NCBI GenBank assembly: GCA_021825925.1
Contig: JAKAFP010000007.1
Coordinates: 176,515-208,514 of the forward strand
Length of the DNA stretch: 32,000 nucleotides
DNA from: Chloroflexota bacterium
Lineage (GTDB): Bacteria > Chloroflexota > Anaerolineae > Anaerolineales > Anaerolineaceae
Direction of reading: 5' to 3'
Part shown: positions 16,501 to 25,517 of the stretch, piece by piece
Layout of the letters: every line of letters starts with the position of its first letter
Position numbering within the stretch: the stretch's first letter is position 1
The notes under the pieces: generated by a model
What the model was told of the DNA's origin: nothing
Seen by the model: only the letters and a program-made list of their open reading frames with translations
Database searches by the model: none
Made by a program: the position numbers and the translations under genes

Positions 16501-17727
16501 CTATGCCGCTACATTTTCCATTTCTATGTAGTCAATGTCAGTTTTTCGTTTTGCCTTTAAGAAATACACCAGCAGCATGGCGATCAACGCGGATGCGGCC
16601 CATAACAGGAACGGGGCGCCAGCCCAATTAACCGCCAGACTATTGCCTATTGCGGGTTCCAGGGTCATGCCTAAACCGCCGATCCCATTAATGATCCCCA
16701 TGGCAGTACCTGCATAAACATGGCCAACACCATCGGTCTCAATGACTGATGTCAATAACAAGGCCATGAAGCCATCACGCATGAAGCCAGCTAAAACGAC
16801 CGCCGCCCAGATCCAGTTTCCTTTAACGATACCTAAAAGGCCGATCCCAATGATGGCCATGATCGCGCCGACCACCATGATCTTTTTTCGGGACCCTAAC
16901 CGGTCAGACCATAATGCCATGGGCAGTACAAATGCCATGCTGACAAGGTTGAGCGCCGAAAGGGCTCCGTCTGCTTTGAATCCCTGCCACCCGATATCGC
17001 GCAGGTAAAGCGGTAAATACCCCATCACACTTTGGATTGCCCCTGACATGCAAAACATGATCATACCGATCACCCACACGTTTTTCAATCGGATGACATG
17101 ACCAACACTATTTTTGATGGAGACTGAATGTCCAGATGCTGATTTTTGAATCGGTATTGAACGAGTAAAAAACCACGGAACACACAGAAATACACTGATA
17201 ACCCCATAAAATATAAACACATTCCGCCATCCGTTAAGCCAGGGTGAAAGCACGGATGCACTGATGATCGAACCTAAAAAGAATCCGAGCGCCATGCCCA
17301 TGGTGATAAAACCATTGGCGACCCCTAGTTGTGAATCTGGAAACCATTGCCCAATGATCTTGATGCCATTAATAAAAACAAAAGGCAAAAATGCACCAAA
17401 GAGAACCACGATGACCAACAGCCATCCATAATTGGGGACAAGCCCTCGTGCAGCCCCCAGCAAACCGATCAAAATCACACTGAAAATGATCACTTTCTTG
17501 GGTCCGATTTTATCGCCCAAGGTTCCACCCATGAGGCTGGAGAAAACAGCCGGCAGTGAACCAATGCCCCATACAATTCCGACCTGCACCACACTCAAAT
17601 TCAAATCATGAGACACTTCATTTGAAAGCACAGACATCGCCATGGAGGGCATGGCTATCACAATGATATTTGTGATCAAGATCAACCCCAACAAATACCA
17701 TTTGTAGTTATTTTTCTGTTCTTCCAT
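16501..17727 (-). CDS. MFS transporter (408 aa), paralog 1
   Basis: 12 predicted TM helices and an MFS loop motif GGTLGDKIGPKK. Colinear with, and by eye well over half identical to, the neighbouring MFS gene. Confidence 0.88.
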   Translation of the reverse strand: MEEQKNNYKWYLLGLILITNIIVIAMPSMAMSVLSNEVSHDLNLSVVQVGIVWGIGSLPAVFSSLMGGTLGDKIGPKKVIIFSVILIGLLGAARGLVPNYGWLLVIVVLFGAFLPFVFINGIKIIGQWFPDSQLGVANGFITMGMALGFFLGSIISASVLSPWLNGWRNVFIFYGVISVFLCVPWFFTRSIPIQKSASGHSVSIKNSVGHVIRLKNVWVIGMIMFCMSGAIQSVMGYLPLYLRDIGWQGFKADGALSALNLVSMAFVLPMALWSDRLGSRKKIMVVGAIMAIIGIGLLGIVKGNWIWAAVVLAGFMRDGFMALLLTSVIETDGVGHVYAGTAMGIINGIGGLGMTLEPAIGNSLAVNWAGAPFLLWAASALIAMLLVYFLKAKRKTDIDYIEMENVAA

Positions 17728-17767
17728 TTTATACTTTCATCAAATCGCATTTATCAAAGATTATATT

Positions 17768-17789
17768 GGTCCAATAATATCATTGTTTA
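17768..17789 (-). promoter_or_regulatory. Conserved upstream element TAAACAATGATATTATTGGACC, 40 nt before MFS paralog 1 ATG
   Basis: Near-identical copy upstream of paralog 2 at the same 40-nt distance. It contains a TATTAT -10-like hexamer (TTGTCG 16 nt upstream) and an imperfect palindrome CAATGATATTATTG. Confidence 0.5.
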
Positions 17790-17885
17790 CTCACCCGACA
17801 ATAAATATATTGACCATAAGAAATTGGCAATAAGAAGATTTTTTGACAACCAATTTGTCATTGAGTTTGGAACAAGAAACAATAA

Positions 17886-19109
17886 CTAACCCGGATTATT
17901 CTCCATCGGGATAGAAGAAGACATTCTGTTCTTCCCTTTTAGGGAGAAAACCAATCCCAAAGCCACCGCAGCGGAGCTGGCCCATAAAAGGAACGGTGCA
18001 CCAGACCAATATGCAGCCAGGCTGTTACCCAGTGCCGGTTCCACTGCCATCCCAATGCCGCTTACACCGTTAATGAACCCTGAAGCCGTGCCTGCATAGG
18101 CAGCCCCGACGCCTTTGGACTCCATAACCGAGGTGTATACCATCGCCATGAAACCATCCCGCATAAAACCGGCCAACAGTACTGCTGCATAGACCAGATT
18201 GCCCTTGGCAAAACTCATCATGCCAATGCCTGAAAGGATCATCACCGATGCGATCACCATCACCTTTTTGCGGGAACCCAAACGGTCAGACCACAATGCA
18301 ATGGGCAATACAAATATCATGCTGACCAAATGAAAAGTTGAAAGCGCCCCATCCGCCTTCACCCCTGTCCAGCCGATCTCACGCAAATGCAGCGGCAGAA
18401 AACCCAGGGTGCCTTGAATGGCGCCAGCCATGCAAAACAACACCAGGCCGATCATCCATACATTTTTTAGTCTGATGACATGATTGATGGATTGCAGCAT
18501 GCTGATCTTTTGACTTGAATTAACAGTTGGCATGGGGGCTGAACGTGTGAAAAACCAGAGGATGCTTAACGATGCTCCACAAATTCCATACAGCATCAAT
18601 ACTTGCCGCCATCCCCCCAAGAGAGGTGATAACACCGATGCACTTAACATGGACCCCAAGAAAAAACCCAGTGCCATCCCCATGGAAAGAAATCCGTTGG
18701 CCAGCCCTAATTGGGAAGTAGGGAACCACTGCCCCACAGTTTTAATTCCGTTGAGCGTTATAAAAGGGGTGATAGCGCCCAGCAAGACCACGATCACCAA
18801 CAAAACACCATAACTGGGAGCCAGACCGCGTGCGGCGCCTAATAATCCCACCACCAGACTGCTGACGATCAACATCTTTTTGGGACCGAATTTATCGCCT
18901 GCTGCTCCACCCAGCAAACTGGTGATGATGGCCGGTAACGATCCGATCCCCCAAATGATACCCACCTGAACGACGTTAAGATGAAGGTCACTTGAAATTT
19001 CCTTTGAAAGCACTGACATCCCCATGGTTGGCATGGCTGAACAAAGGATATTGGTTAATAAGGTCAAACCTAATAAATACCATCGATACTTGCTATATGT
19101 TCTATCCAT
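17886..19109 (-). CDS. MFS transporter (407 aa from ATG 19109), paralog 2
   Basis: Aligns residue-for-residue with paralog 1 (MDRTYSKYRWYLLGL vs MEEQKNNYKWYLLGL; GWRQVLMLYG vs GWRNVFIFYG; WSDRLGSRKK in both). The track start at 19136 is TTG. ATG 19109 gives the same N-terminus length as the paralog. Confidence 0.88.
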   Translation of the reverse strand: MDRTYSKYRWYLLGLTLLTNILCSAMPTMGMSVLSKEISSDLHLNVVQVGIIWGIGSLPAIITSLLGGAAGDKFGPKKMLIVSSLVVGLLGAARGLAPSYGVLLVIVVLLGAITPFITLNGIKTVGQWFPTSQLGLANGFLSMGMALGFFLGSMLSASVLSPLLGGWRQVLMLYGICGASLSILWFFTRSAPMPTVNSSQKISMLQSINHVIRLKNVWMIGLVLFCMAGAIQGTLGFLPLHLREIGWTGVKADGALSTFHLVSMIFVLPIALWSDRLGSRKKVMVIASVMILSGIGMMSFAKGNLVYAAVLLAGFMRDGFMAMVYTSVMESKGVGAAYAGTASGFINGVSGIGMAVEPALGNSLAAYWSGAPFLLWASSAAVALGLVFSLKGKNRMSSSIPMENNPG

Positions 19110-19149
19110 CTTAACTTTCTCAACCTGTTGCAACAATAATAATGAAATC

Positions 19150-19170
19150 GGTCAATAATAACATTGTTTA
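19150..19170 (-). promoter_or_regulatory. Conserved upstream element TAAACAATGTTATTATTGACC, 40 nt before MFS paralog 2 ATG
   Basis: Second copy of the element at 17768-17789. The surrounding intergenic sequence is otherwise diverged. Confidence 0.5.
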
Positions 19171-19341
19171 AGCCATTTTCCACACCAAATCTCACAAGAT
19201 GGAACTGGGTTTTGATTTTTAATTATTGGATGATGACTTGAAACTAATACTCATCTGCCTATTGTAAAAACGACAAATACCCTTAAAATGATATTAATTG
19301 TCGTTTTTATACGTTGACGTTTTTATGGTGATGGAGGAAAT

Positions 19342-20496
19342 ATGAAAAGGTCCTTAAAAGTGGTTCTTCAGCTATCTGTAATTCTTGCCTTGATCTTGAC
19401 TGGTTGTAATTTACCCCGCCCTAATGCTGCAAATCGAACTGAGACCCCCAATCCCATCCCAATCACAGAAGCACCGCAGGTTCAAGAAACCTCGGCAGCT
19501 ATACCGACGGAGGCACCTGTTCAAGAAACTGCCGCGACAACAGAGGCAGTTTTACCCACAGAAAGCCCTGCAGTTGTTGAAACCGAGGCTCCCATCACCC
19601 ATACCCTGACACCCGGCGACCCGGTCTGGAATCCTGATCAAATTACAACAGACTGCAATACAGGCGTCCGGATGCCGGCAGGTTCAACCCAGGTGATCAT
19701 CTCGGGATGTGATTACTGGAACCGCGAGATGATCGAACGTCCAGCCGATAGTGCCACAGGCACTTACGTCCCCGCCTTGGATATTATCTGGTCACAGGCA
19801 GGCAAATATGAACCCTGGATTTTCCTGAAGGTGAATGTCAGCAGCCTTGCCCAGGCTCCACAAGACCTCAAGGCCGGTTTTGAACTGGATCCCGACCTCG
19901 ACAGCCGCGGTGAATTCCTGGTTACCACCAACCTGCCGAAATCAACGACCTGGAGCACCGATGGGGTGCAGGTCTGGCAGGACACCAACCAGGATAACGG
20001 AGGCGTGACCCCCTTCCATTACGATCAGAATAACGGCGATGGATACGAGACCCTGCTCTTTGACAGCGGCAAAAGTGACGACCCTGACCTGGCCTGGAGC
20101 CGGATCTCACCCAAGAATCCCAACAATATCGAATTTGCCTTTAAAGCCAGTGTGCTGCCCAATCAAAAGGTGTTTGGCTGGTGGCCTTGGGTGGGGTTGC
20201 AGCCGCTCACTGCCGACAAATTTGAGCTGGTTGACCGCGCAGATGAAACCCAAACCTGGAATGTGGATAATTCCTGCTCGTGGATCTTCGGCACAAAACC
20301 AAAACCGGAGCAGTTGATCAACCTGTGTGCCGTTGCCGAACCTACACCCTCACCGGAGCCGACCTCGCAACCGGGCGTCCCCGGCACCTGTGTCGTCAAA
20401 CCTTGCGGATTCCTGCAGTACTTTGATACCTCTTCGTGTTCCTGCAAGAGGTTCTTCTTCTACATTCCTACCCCAACACCCTACATAATTTATTAA
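19342..20496 (+). CDS. Hypothetical secreted lipoprotein (384 aa) with Pro/Thr/Glu/Ala-rich linker and Cys-containing C-terminus
   Basis: Lipobox LTGCNL and a GGAGG RBS. Low-complexity quasi-repeats (ETSAAIPTEAPVQETAATTEAVLPTESPAVVETEAP), a ~230-aa Trp/Asp-rich globular region, a second PSPEPTSQP linker, and a C-terminal CVVKPCGFLQYFDTSSCSCK. I recognise no family. Confidence 0.7.
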   Translation: MKRSLKVVLQLSVILALILTGCNLPRPNAANRTETPNPIPITEAPQVQETSAAIPTEAPVQETAATTEAVLPTESPAVVETEAPITHTLTPGDPVWNPDQITTDCNTGVRMPAGSTQVIISGCDYWNREMIERPADSATGTYVPALDIIWSQAGKYEPWIFLKVNVSSLAQAPQDLKAGFELDPDLDSRGEFLVTTNLPKSTTWSTDGVQVWQDTNQDNGGVTPFHYDQNNGDGYETLLFDSGKSDDPDLAWSRISPKNPNNIEFAFKASVLPNQKVFGWWPWVGLQPLTADKFELVDRADETQTWNVDNSCSWIFGTKPKPEQLINLCAVAEPTPSPEPTSQPGVPGTCVVKPCGFLQYFDTSSCSCKRFFFYIPTPTPYIIY

Positions 20497-20509
20497 TCCA
20501 CATAATCAA

Positions 20510-20536
20510 GAGGCTGCCTGAAAATCAGGCAGCCTC
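20510..20536. terminator. Hairpin terminator between convergent genes
   Basis: Perfect 11-bp GC-rich stem GAGGCTGCCTG / CAGGCAGCCTC with a 5-nt loop. Confidence 0.7.
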
Positions 20537-20594
20537 TCAATAAATAATTTGGCTTTGACACCAAGGTCATGTGCAACCGCATGGTATCAGAATC

Positions 20595-22655
20595 CTAATT
20601 GGGTGTCTGATCCGCTTTGATCTTGAGAAACACTGGAACAAGGTCCGGGTCAAAATGAGTGCCGCTGCTTTGGATGATATGTTGAAAGATCTTCGCTGTC
20701 TGCCATGCGGCACGGTATGGGCGGTCGCTCGAAAGCGCATCCCAAACATCAACGATCGAGAACAACCTGGCCGCGATGGGAATATCGTTTCCTTTTAAAC
20801 CACGTGGATACCCTGACCCATCCCATTTTTCATGGTGGCAGTATGGGATATCAATGGCTTTATTGAGATATTTAATCCCTGAGAGCAGATGCAAGGCGGT
20901 TTCTGGATGCTGCTTCATGATCACCCATTCTGCATCTGTCAACGGCCCTGGTTTTAACAAGATCTGATCGGGCACCCCTATTTTGCCAATGTCATGCAAT
21001 AAAGCGCCGCGCCGAATATTGATAATATCACTTTGACTGATTCCCAGTTTTTGCGCAAACTGAACAGTGATCTCGGTCACGCGCAAGGTATGACCTTCAG
21101 TTTCTTTGTCTCGAAGATCAAGCGCCTTTGACCAGCCTTCAATGGTTGAATCATAGGCCATTTGTAGTTCAAGATTCGAGTTGATTAAACTTTCAAAAGT
21201 CTCCGCATTTTCTATCGCGATGGCGGCCTGCCCACCTAGAGTCTCAAGAAAATCAAGCCAGTCTTGTTCAGGTGGTTTGCTGCTCTTATTAAATACTTCC
21301 AAAACCCCCCTGACTACCCCTTTGGATATGATGGGAACACCCCAATAGGATTTAAAACCTTCCTTAGCCCACTCGCGTGGAACATCCACCTCTGTCAGAT
21401 CAATGTTAAGTGTTTTTTGTTCCCTGACCACTCGCATCGTAGTCAGATTGCCATACTCACCTTCATCATGCAAAACATTTTGGAACCCTGTTTTTGCTGC
21501 AACTTTCATTTCATTGGAAAACTTCTCGACTAAAATAACGTCCGCTGCAAAAACATTTAATTGCGACATTACATTTGACAATAAAATGCTCAAAGTTAAT
21601 GACAAGTCTGAACTGCTATTGATTGACATGTCAATTTGGTGCAGTGAAGCCAACCGCTTCATTTGAATTTGTAACTGGTTTTGATTGATCCGGTTAGTAA
21701 TTGATATTGCCAGGTTATGCGTCAAAGTGAATAATATTTGTTCATCTTCTTCAGAAAAGCCTACCGGTTGAGTACTAAATAACCCCAACACGCCAAACAA
21801 TTGATTGTCGTATTGAACGGGCATATAAAGCAGTGACTGAACCCCCTCTAATCCTTCCTGCCACTCAGGATCTTCCTGAACAGCATCTATCATGACGGCG
21901 GCTTTACTTTTAATGCAACGTCCTAACAACCCAAATCCGCTACCCCTGTGATCCTTCATTTCCATTTTAAATTGAGTCACTGATTGTTCATCAAATCCTA
22001 CTGAATCAAAACTGACAATGTCCGAGTTTTCTAGTCTAAAATATGCCGCTTTTTCATAACCGGCGTTTTCAGTTAATGTATTTAGAACCTTGAATACAGA
22101 TTCCTCGTAGGGTTTATGCAGGTTAAAAATAGTGCTCGAAAAATATAAGGCGAAAAGGCGTGCATTTGTCTTTTTTAATTGAAGCATTTTGTGTTCAAGT
22201 TTTCTAACCAGCACATCGTTATATTCACGCAAGAATTGATCTTCATCTGCAGGTCCTTCTGGCTGGTTTGGTAGTTCATTACGTTCATGAGAATCAAGCA
22301 GCTCTTTGATCGCCAGTAATATCGCATCAGGTTCCATGGGTTTGATAAAGAAACGATCCGCACCAAGGCTTAACGCAAATTCCTTGTCTTTTTCTTCGGT
22401 ATAAGTAGCCGTATAGAAGATGAACGGAATATTTTTTAATTTATCGTCCATCCGCCATTTTTTACATAACGTAAACCCATCCATTTTTGGCATTAAGATG
22501 TCACTGATGATCACATCAGGCGGGTTGACTCTGGCCTTCTCAAAGGCTTCGGCTCCATCAGAAGCCTGGGTGACCTCATAGCCATTGGTTCCCATGAGCA
22601 CTTCGAGCAGATATAAATTTTGAGGATTATCATCAACGATCAGAATGTTTGGCAT
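20595..22655 (-). CDS. Response regulator with REC - GAF - GAF - HD-GYP domains (predicted c-di-GMP phosphodiesterase), 686 aa
   Basis: REC (MPNILIVDD...SDILMPKMDG...FFIKPM). Two GAF-like segments. HD-GYP core LLHDIGKIGVPD...CHHEKWDGSGYPRGL...DVWDALSSDRPYR. Confidence 0.9.
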   Translation of the reverse strand: MPNILIVDDNPQNLYLLEVLMGTNGYEVTQASDGAEAFEKARVNPPDVIISDILMPKMDGFTLCKKWRMDDKLKNIPFIFYTATYTEEKDKEFALSLGADRFFIKPMEPDAILLAIKELLDSHERNELPNQPEGPADEDQFLREYNDVLVRKLEHKMLQLKKTNARLFALYFSSTIFNLHKPYEESVFKVLNTLTENAGYEKAAYFRLENSDIVSFDSVGFDEQSVTQFKMEMKDHRGSGFGLLGRCIKSKAAVMIDAVQEDPEWQEGLEGVQSLLYMPVQYDNQLFGVLGLFSTQPVGFSEEDEQILFTLTHNLAISITNRINQNQLQIQMKRLASLHQIDMSINSSSDLSLTLSILLSNVMSQLNVFAADVILVEKFSNEMKVAAKTGFQNVLHDEGEYGNLTTMRVVREQKTLNIDLTEVDVPREWAKEGFKSYWGVPIISKGVVRGVLEVFNKSSKPPEQDWLDFLETLGGQAAIAIENAETFESLINSNLELQMAYDSTIEGWSKALDLRDKETEGHTLRVTEITVQFAQKLGISQSDIINIRRGALLHDIGKIGVPDQILLKPGPLTDAEWVIMKQHPETALHLLSGIKYLNKAIDIPYCHHEKWDGSGYPRGLKGNDIPIAARLFSIVDVWDALSSDRPYRAAWQTAKIFQHIIQSSGTHFDPDLVPVFLKIKADQTPN

Positions 22656-22676
22656 TTTTGTTTCCTCGTAAGTGCA

Positions 22677-23039
22677 CTATAAAAATTGTTGCACTTCCTT
22701 CATAAAAGTATCAGGATTGATCGGTTTTTCAATATAACCTGTACAACCTGATTCAAGCGCTTTCTCTCGATCACCGCTCATGGCATAAGATGTCACTGCG
22801 ATCATCGGTATTTCCTTCAGTTTATCCACTTCACGGATCATTCTGGCAATGGCATAACCATCCAACTCAGGCAATTGAATGTCCAACAGGATCAGATCAA
22901 TTGGATTTTCTTTCGCCAGTGTCAACCCTTCTCTGCCTGTCTGCGCCTGAAGCACATGGTAATCATGCCGCTCAAGAATAAAAGTGACCAGGTACATATT
23001 TTGTTCGTTATCCTCGATCACCAGTATGGTTTTACTCAT
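22677..23039 (-). CDS. Single-domain CheY-like response regulator (120 aa)
   Basis: MSKTILVIEDNEQ...LLDIQLPELDG...TSYAMSGD...YIEKPI. ATG 23039 overlaps the upstream HK stop by 8 nt; the track's longer N-terminus is unlikely. Confidence 0.9.
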   Translation of the reverse strand: MSKTILVIEDNEQNMYLVTFILERHDYHVLQAQTGREGLTLAKENPIDLILLDIQLPELDGYAIARMIREVDKLKEIPMIAVTSYAMSGDREKALESGCTGYIEKPINPDTFMKEVQQFL

Positions 23040-25398
23040 TTTCACTCCGTTGTAAGGGCAAGGTAAAAATGAATTCACTCCCCTTCCCTAATTCGCTTTC
23101 GACCCAAATGCTTCCGCCCAGAAGTTCCACCAGACGTTTACAGATGGATAGTCCCAATCCCGTTCCTTCGTATTTTCTCGTTAAACCGGTATCAATCTGC
23201 TTGAAAGGCATAAACAAGGTCTGAATATTTTCCCTTGTAATCCCAATGCCAGTATCTTTGATCGAAATGCGAAGATACTTGCCATCTATTTTGCTATTAA
23301 GCACCACCTCACCGGATTCAGTGAATTTCACGGCATTATTCAGTAAATTGATTAAGATTTGCTCCACTCTGCGTTTGTCGCTGGTCAGGGTAAGCAGTCC
23401 ATGTTCCACATTTTTAGTCAGTCTCAATCCCTTGGTTATTGCCATGGGTTGGATCTTTTCGATGCATTGGCTGAACACCTGGGTTACTTCAAACGCTTCC
23501 TCGGCGATCGTTACTTGATCGGCTTCTATCTTCGAGATATCCAGCACATCATTGATCAGATTTAAAAGATGAAGAGCGCTGGATTGCACCATTTTGAGTT
23601 GTTTTTCTTGTTCAGCGCTAAGTGGACCAACCAGTTTTTGCAACAAAATCCCTGTAAAACCAATAATAGAATTGAGGGGTGTTCTTAATTCATGCGACAT
23701 GGTCGCTAAAAATGCGGATTTCAGTTTATCGGCTGACTCCGCTTTGGCAACTGCCACCTTCAATTCCTCAACTTTTTTTCGTTCGGTTATATCCGTGATG
23801 GTTCCAATGTAACCGATCAACTCGTTCCTTGCGTTGTATTCAGGAACAGCCTGACCGATGACCCAAACCACGGATCCATCTGCACGGATGAACCGGTAGT
23901 CTGCAGTGGAGGCGTTCGAAAGGGACGTAACGATTTCCCAGTTCTTTGCCAGCATCTCTTTATCATCAGGATGGACTGCATTCAGCCAACCATCTCCGAG
24001 CGCCTCTTCATATGTCAGACCAGAGATCTTGCTCCAGGTATTATTGACAAAAGTGGTTTTTCCTTCAATATCAGTACGGAAAATACCGACCGGGGAAACC
24101 CGGGTGAGCGTTTCATACCTGGTTTCACTTTCTTTTAGTTCTTTATCCGCTTTTTTCCGATCTGTAATATTTCTGACAAAAGCGATCACCTTATCATTTT
24201 CACAAGCAATGAATCGCGATTCATAATTTCGCATCTCACCATATACAGGCAGCTCAAATTCAAATAATTGAACTTCGTGACTGCTGATCGTCTTTTTAAT
24301 AATGCCCAGGAATTTTTGTTGCAGATCATCAGGCAGATCTTTAAATACCTGTTGATCTATGGGAGTCGCCCAATTTTGGATCAAAGTCTCCCCGCTCGAT
24401 GGATGGTAATCCAAAAGGTCCCCTTCTGGGGTTAGCCATAACACATGGTCAGGGTTATTTACGAACAACGACCGGTAATGTGATTCACTTTCCTTTAATT
24501 GCTTGGTTTGACGAGAGACTTGGATCCTTGATGTAACGCTCACCGCAAAAAGAAAAAAGAGAACTCCCAGTGTTACAAAAGCAACCTGCGGCACCCAGGG
24601 GGGGATTTTTTCGGTAACCATCCCGGTGGATTTGATGCCAAAATAGGTATCGAGTGCCTGATAATAAACTGATCCTTCATCCGACTTGATCAATTTGAGG
24701 TCTGTATCAATGTGTGTCATTAAATATGAGGTTAAAGGTCCATCTTTTGGAAAGGCAAAAGTCAATTGAGTGGGTTGAATGATGATGGGAGTTTTTACCA
24801 ATTGATATTGCTGTTCATTTAAATCACCAAAATCTTTATTGGTAACGCCGGCATCTGCTTTTCCAGTTTGTATTGCCTTAAAAACTTCTGCATAACTGGC
24901 ATATCCTTTAAAAGTGGCGGTTACACCAAATTTATCAGTAAGCGCTTTGATGCCTTCTGGACCGTCAAAATTCAAAGCCCCATCCAGACCGGCAATCGTT
25001 TTTCCTTCAAGGTCAAGTATGGTTTGGATTCCAGTGTCTTTGGCCACATATATTCTGGCCCAACTGGTAAGCACGGTTTCTTGTGAAAATGAGAAAATTT
25101 CTTTTCTCGCATCTGTCACCCCCACGTCCACCATCATGTCAATCTCGTTCTTTTGCAAATGATCCAGACACTCTTCCCAAGTTCCTTTCACCCACACGAT
25201 TTGCCAGTTTTCTCGCTGGGCGATATCACTAAGGATGGCAGGCCAAAACCCATCCATAGTGCCATCTTCACCGGAATAAATCTTGGGGGGATTCTCGTAC
25301 GCACCCACCCTGATCTGCCGTGGAGAGTCTTGGAATGCTGCCGCGGTTGACAATAAAACCAATATTAAAAAGAAAGCAATTACAGTCTTTCTACTCAT
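23032..25398 (-). CDS. Sensor histidine kinase with periplasmic family-3 solute-binding (PBPb) domain, TM, 2 PAS, HisKA, HATPase_c
   Basis: Signal/TM, then an SBP_bac_3-like region (IRVGAYENPPKIY...MMVDVGVT..R....FS......S). TM VAFVTLGVLFFLFAVSV. Two PAS domains (ITDRKKA and ITDITERKK ends). H-box FLATMSHELRTPLNSI, N-box LLNNAVKFT, G-boxes KDTGIGI and GTGLGLSI. ATG 25398 follows AAAGGTGG; the track start at 25407 is GTG. Confidence 0.9.
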   Translation of the reverse strand: MSRKTVIAFFLILVLLSTAAAFQDSPRQIRVGAYENPPKIYSGEDGTMDGFWPAILSDIAQRENWQIVWVKGTWEECLDHLQKNEIDMMVDVGVTDARKEIFSFSQETVLTSWARIYVAKDTGIQTILDLEGKTIAGLDGALNFDGPEGIKALTDKFGVTATFKGYASYAEVFKAIQTGKADAGVTNKDFGDLNEQQYQLVKTPIIIQPTQLTFAFPKDGPLTSYLMTHIDTDLKLIKSDEGSVYYQALDTYFGIKSTGMVTEKIPPWVPQVAFVTLGVLFFLFAVSVTSRIQVSRQTKQLKESESHYRSLFVNNPDHVLWLTPEGDLLDYHPSSGETLIQNWATPIDQQVFKDLPDDLQQKFLGIIKKTISSHEVQLFEFELPVYGEMRNYESRFIACENDKVIAFVRNITDRKKADKELKESETRYETLTRVSPVGIFRTDIEGKTTFVNNTWSKISGLTYEEALGDGWLNAVHPDDKEMLAKNWEIVTSLSNASTADYRFIRADGSVVWVIGQAVPEYNARNELIGYIGTITDITERKKVEELKVAVAKAESADKLKSAFLATMSHELRTPLNSIIGFTGILLQKLVGPLSAEQEKQLKMVQSSALHLLNLINDVLDISKIEADQVTIAEEAFEVTQVFSQCIEKIQPMAITKGLRLTKNVEHGLLTLTSDKRRVEQILINLLNNAVKFTESGEVVLNSKIDGKYLRISIKDTGIGITRENIQTLFMPFKQIDTGLTRKYEGTGLGLSICKRLVELLGGSIWVESELGKGSEFIFTLPLQRSENE

Positions 25399-25517
25399 CG
25401 TTTCCACCTTTAATAAACCTGAGCGAACACTGTACTACTTGAGTATAGCAATTATTTCGATTTTTAATGTATAGAGAAATGGAAAAAAGATTTACAAAAA
25501 TGTGATTAACAGTCGTC

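Noticed and set aside
17843-17866. Inverted repeat TGACAA-CCAAT-TTGTCA next to a T-run, as the terminator of MFS paralog 2
   Set aside because: On the coding (minus) strand the hairpin is followed by an A-run, not a U-run; the T-run precedes it on the plus strand. The stem is only 6 bp. This is not a convincing intrinsic terminator.
19266-19326. AAAAACGACAA-N21-TTGTCGTTTTT inverted repeat plus direct repeat CGTTTTTAT x2 in the leader of the 19342 lipoprotein gene (possible attenuator or riboswitch)
   Set aside because: The stem is AT-rich with a 21-nt loop and so is thermodynamically weak. I recognise no riboswitch consensus, and no alternative antiterminator pairing is evident. I record it as a curiosity only.
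9614-25407. Longer N-terminal extensions offered by the ORF track: 9614 GTG, 12776 TTG, 14151 GTG, 19136 TTG, 23078, 25407 GTG, 2402, 9352, 4459 TTG
   Set aside because: In each case an internal ATG is preceded by a well-spaced SD sequence. It also restores the N-terminus expected for the family or its paralog (signal peptide, REC domain start, REGLE motif), whereas the extensions lack RBSs.
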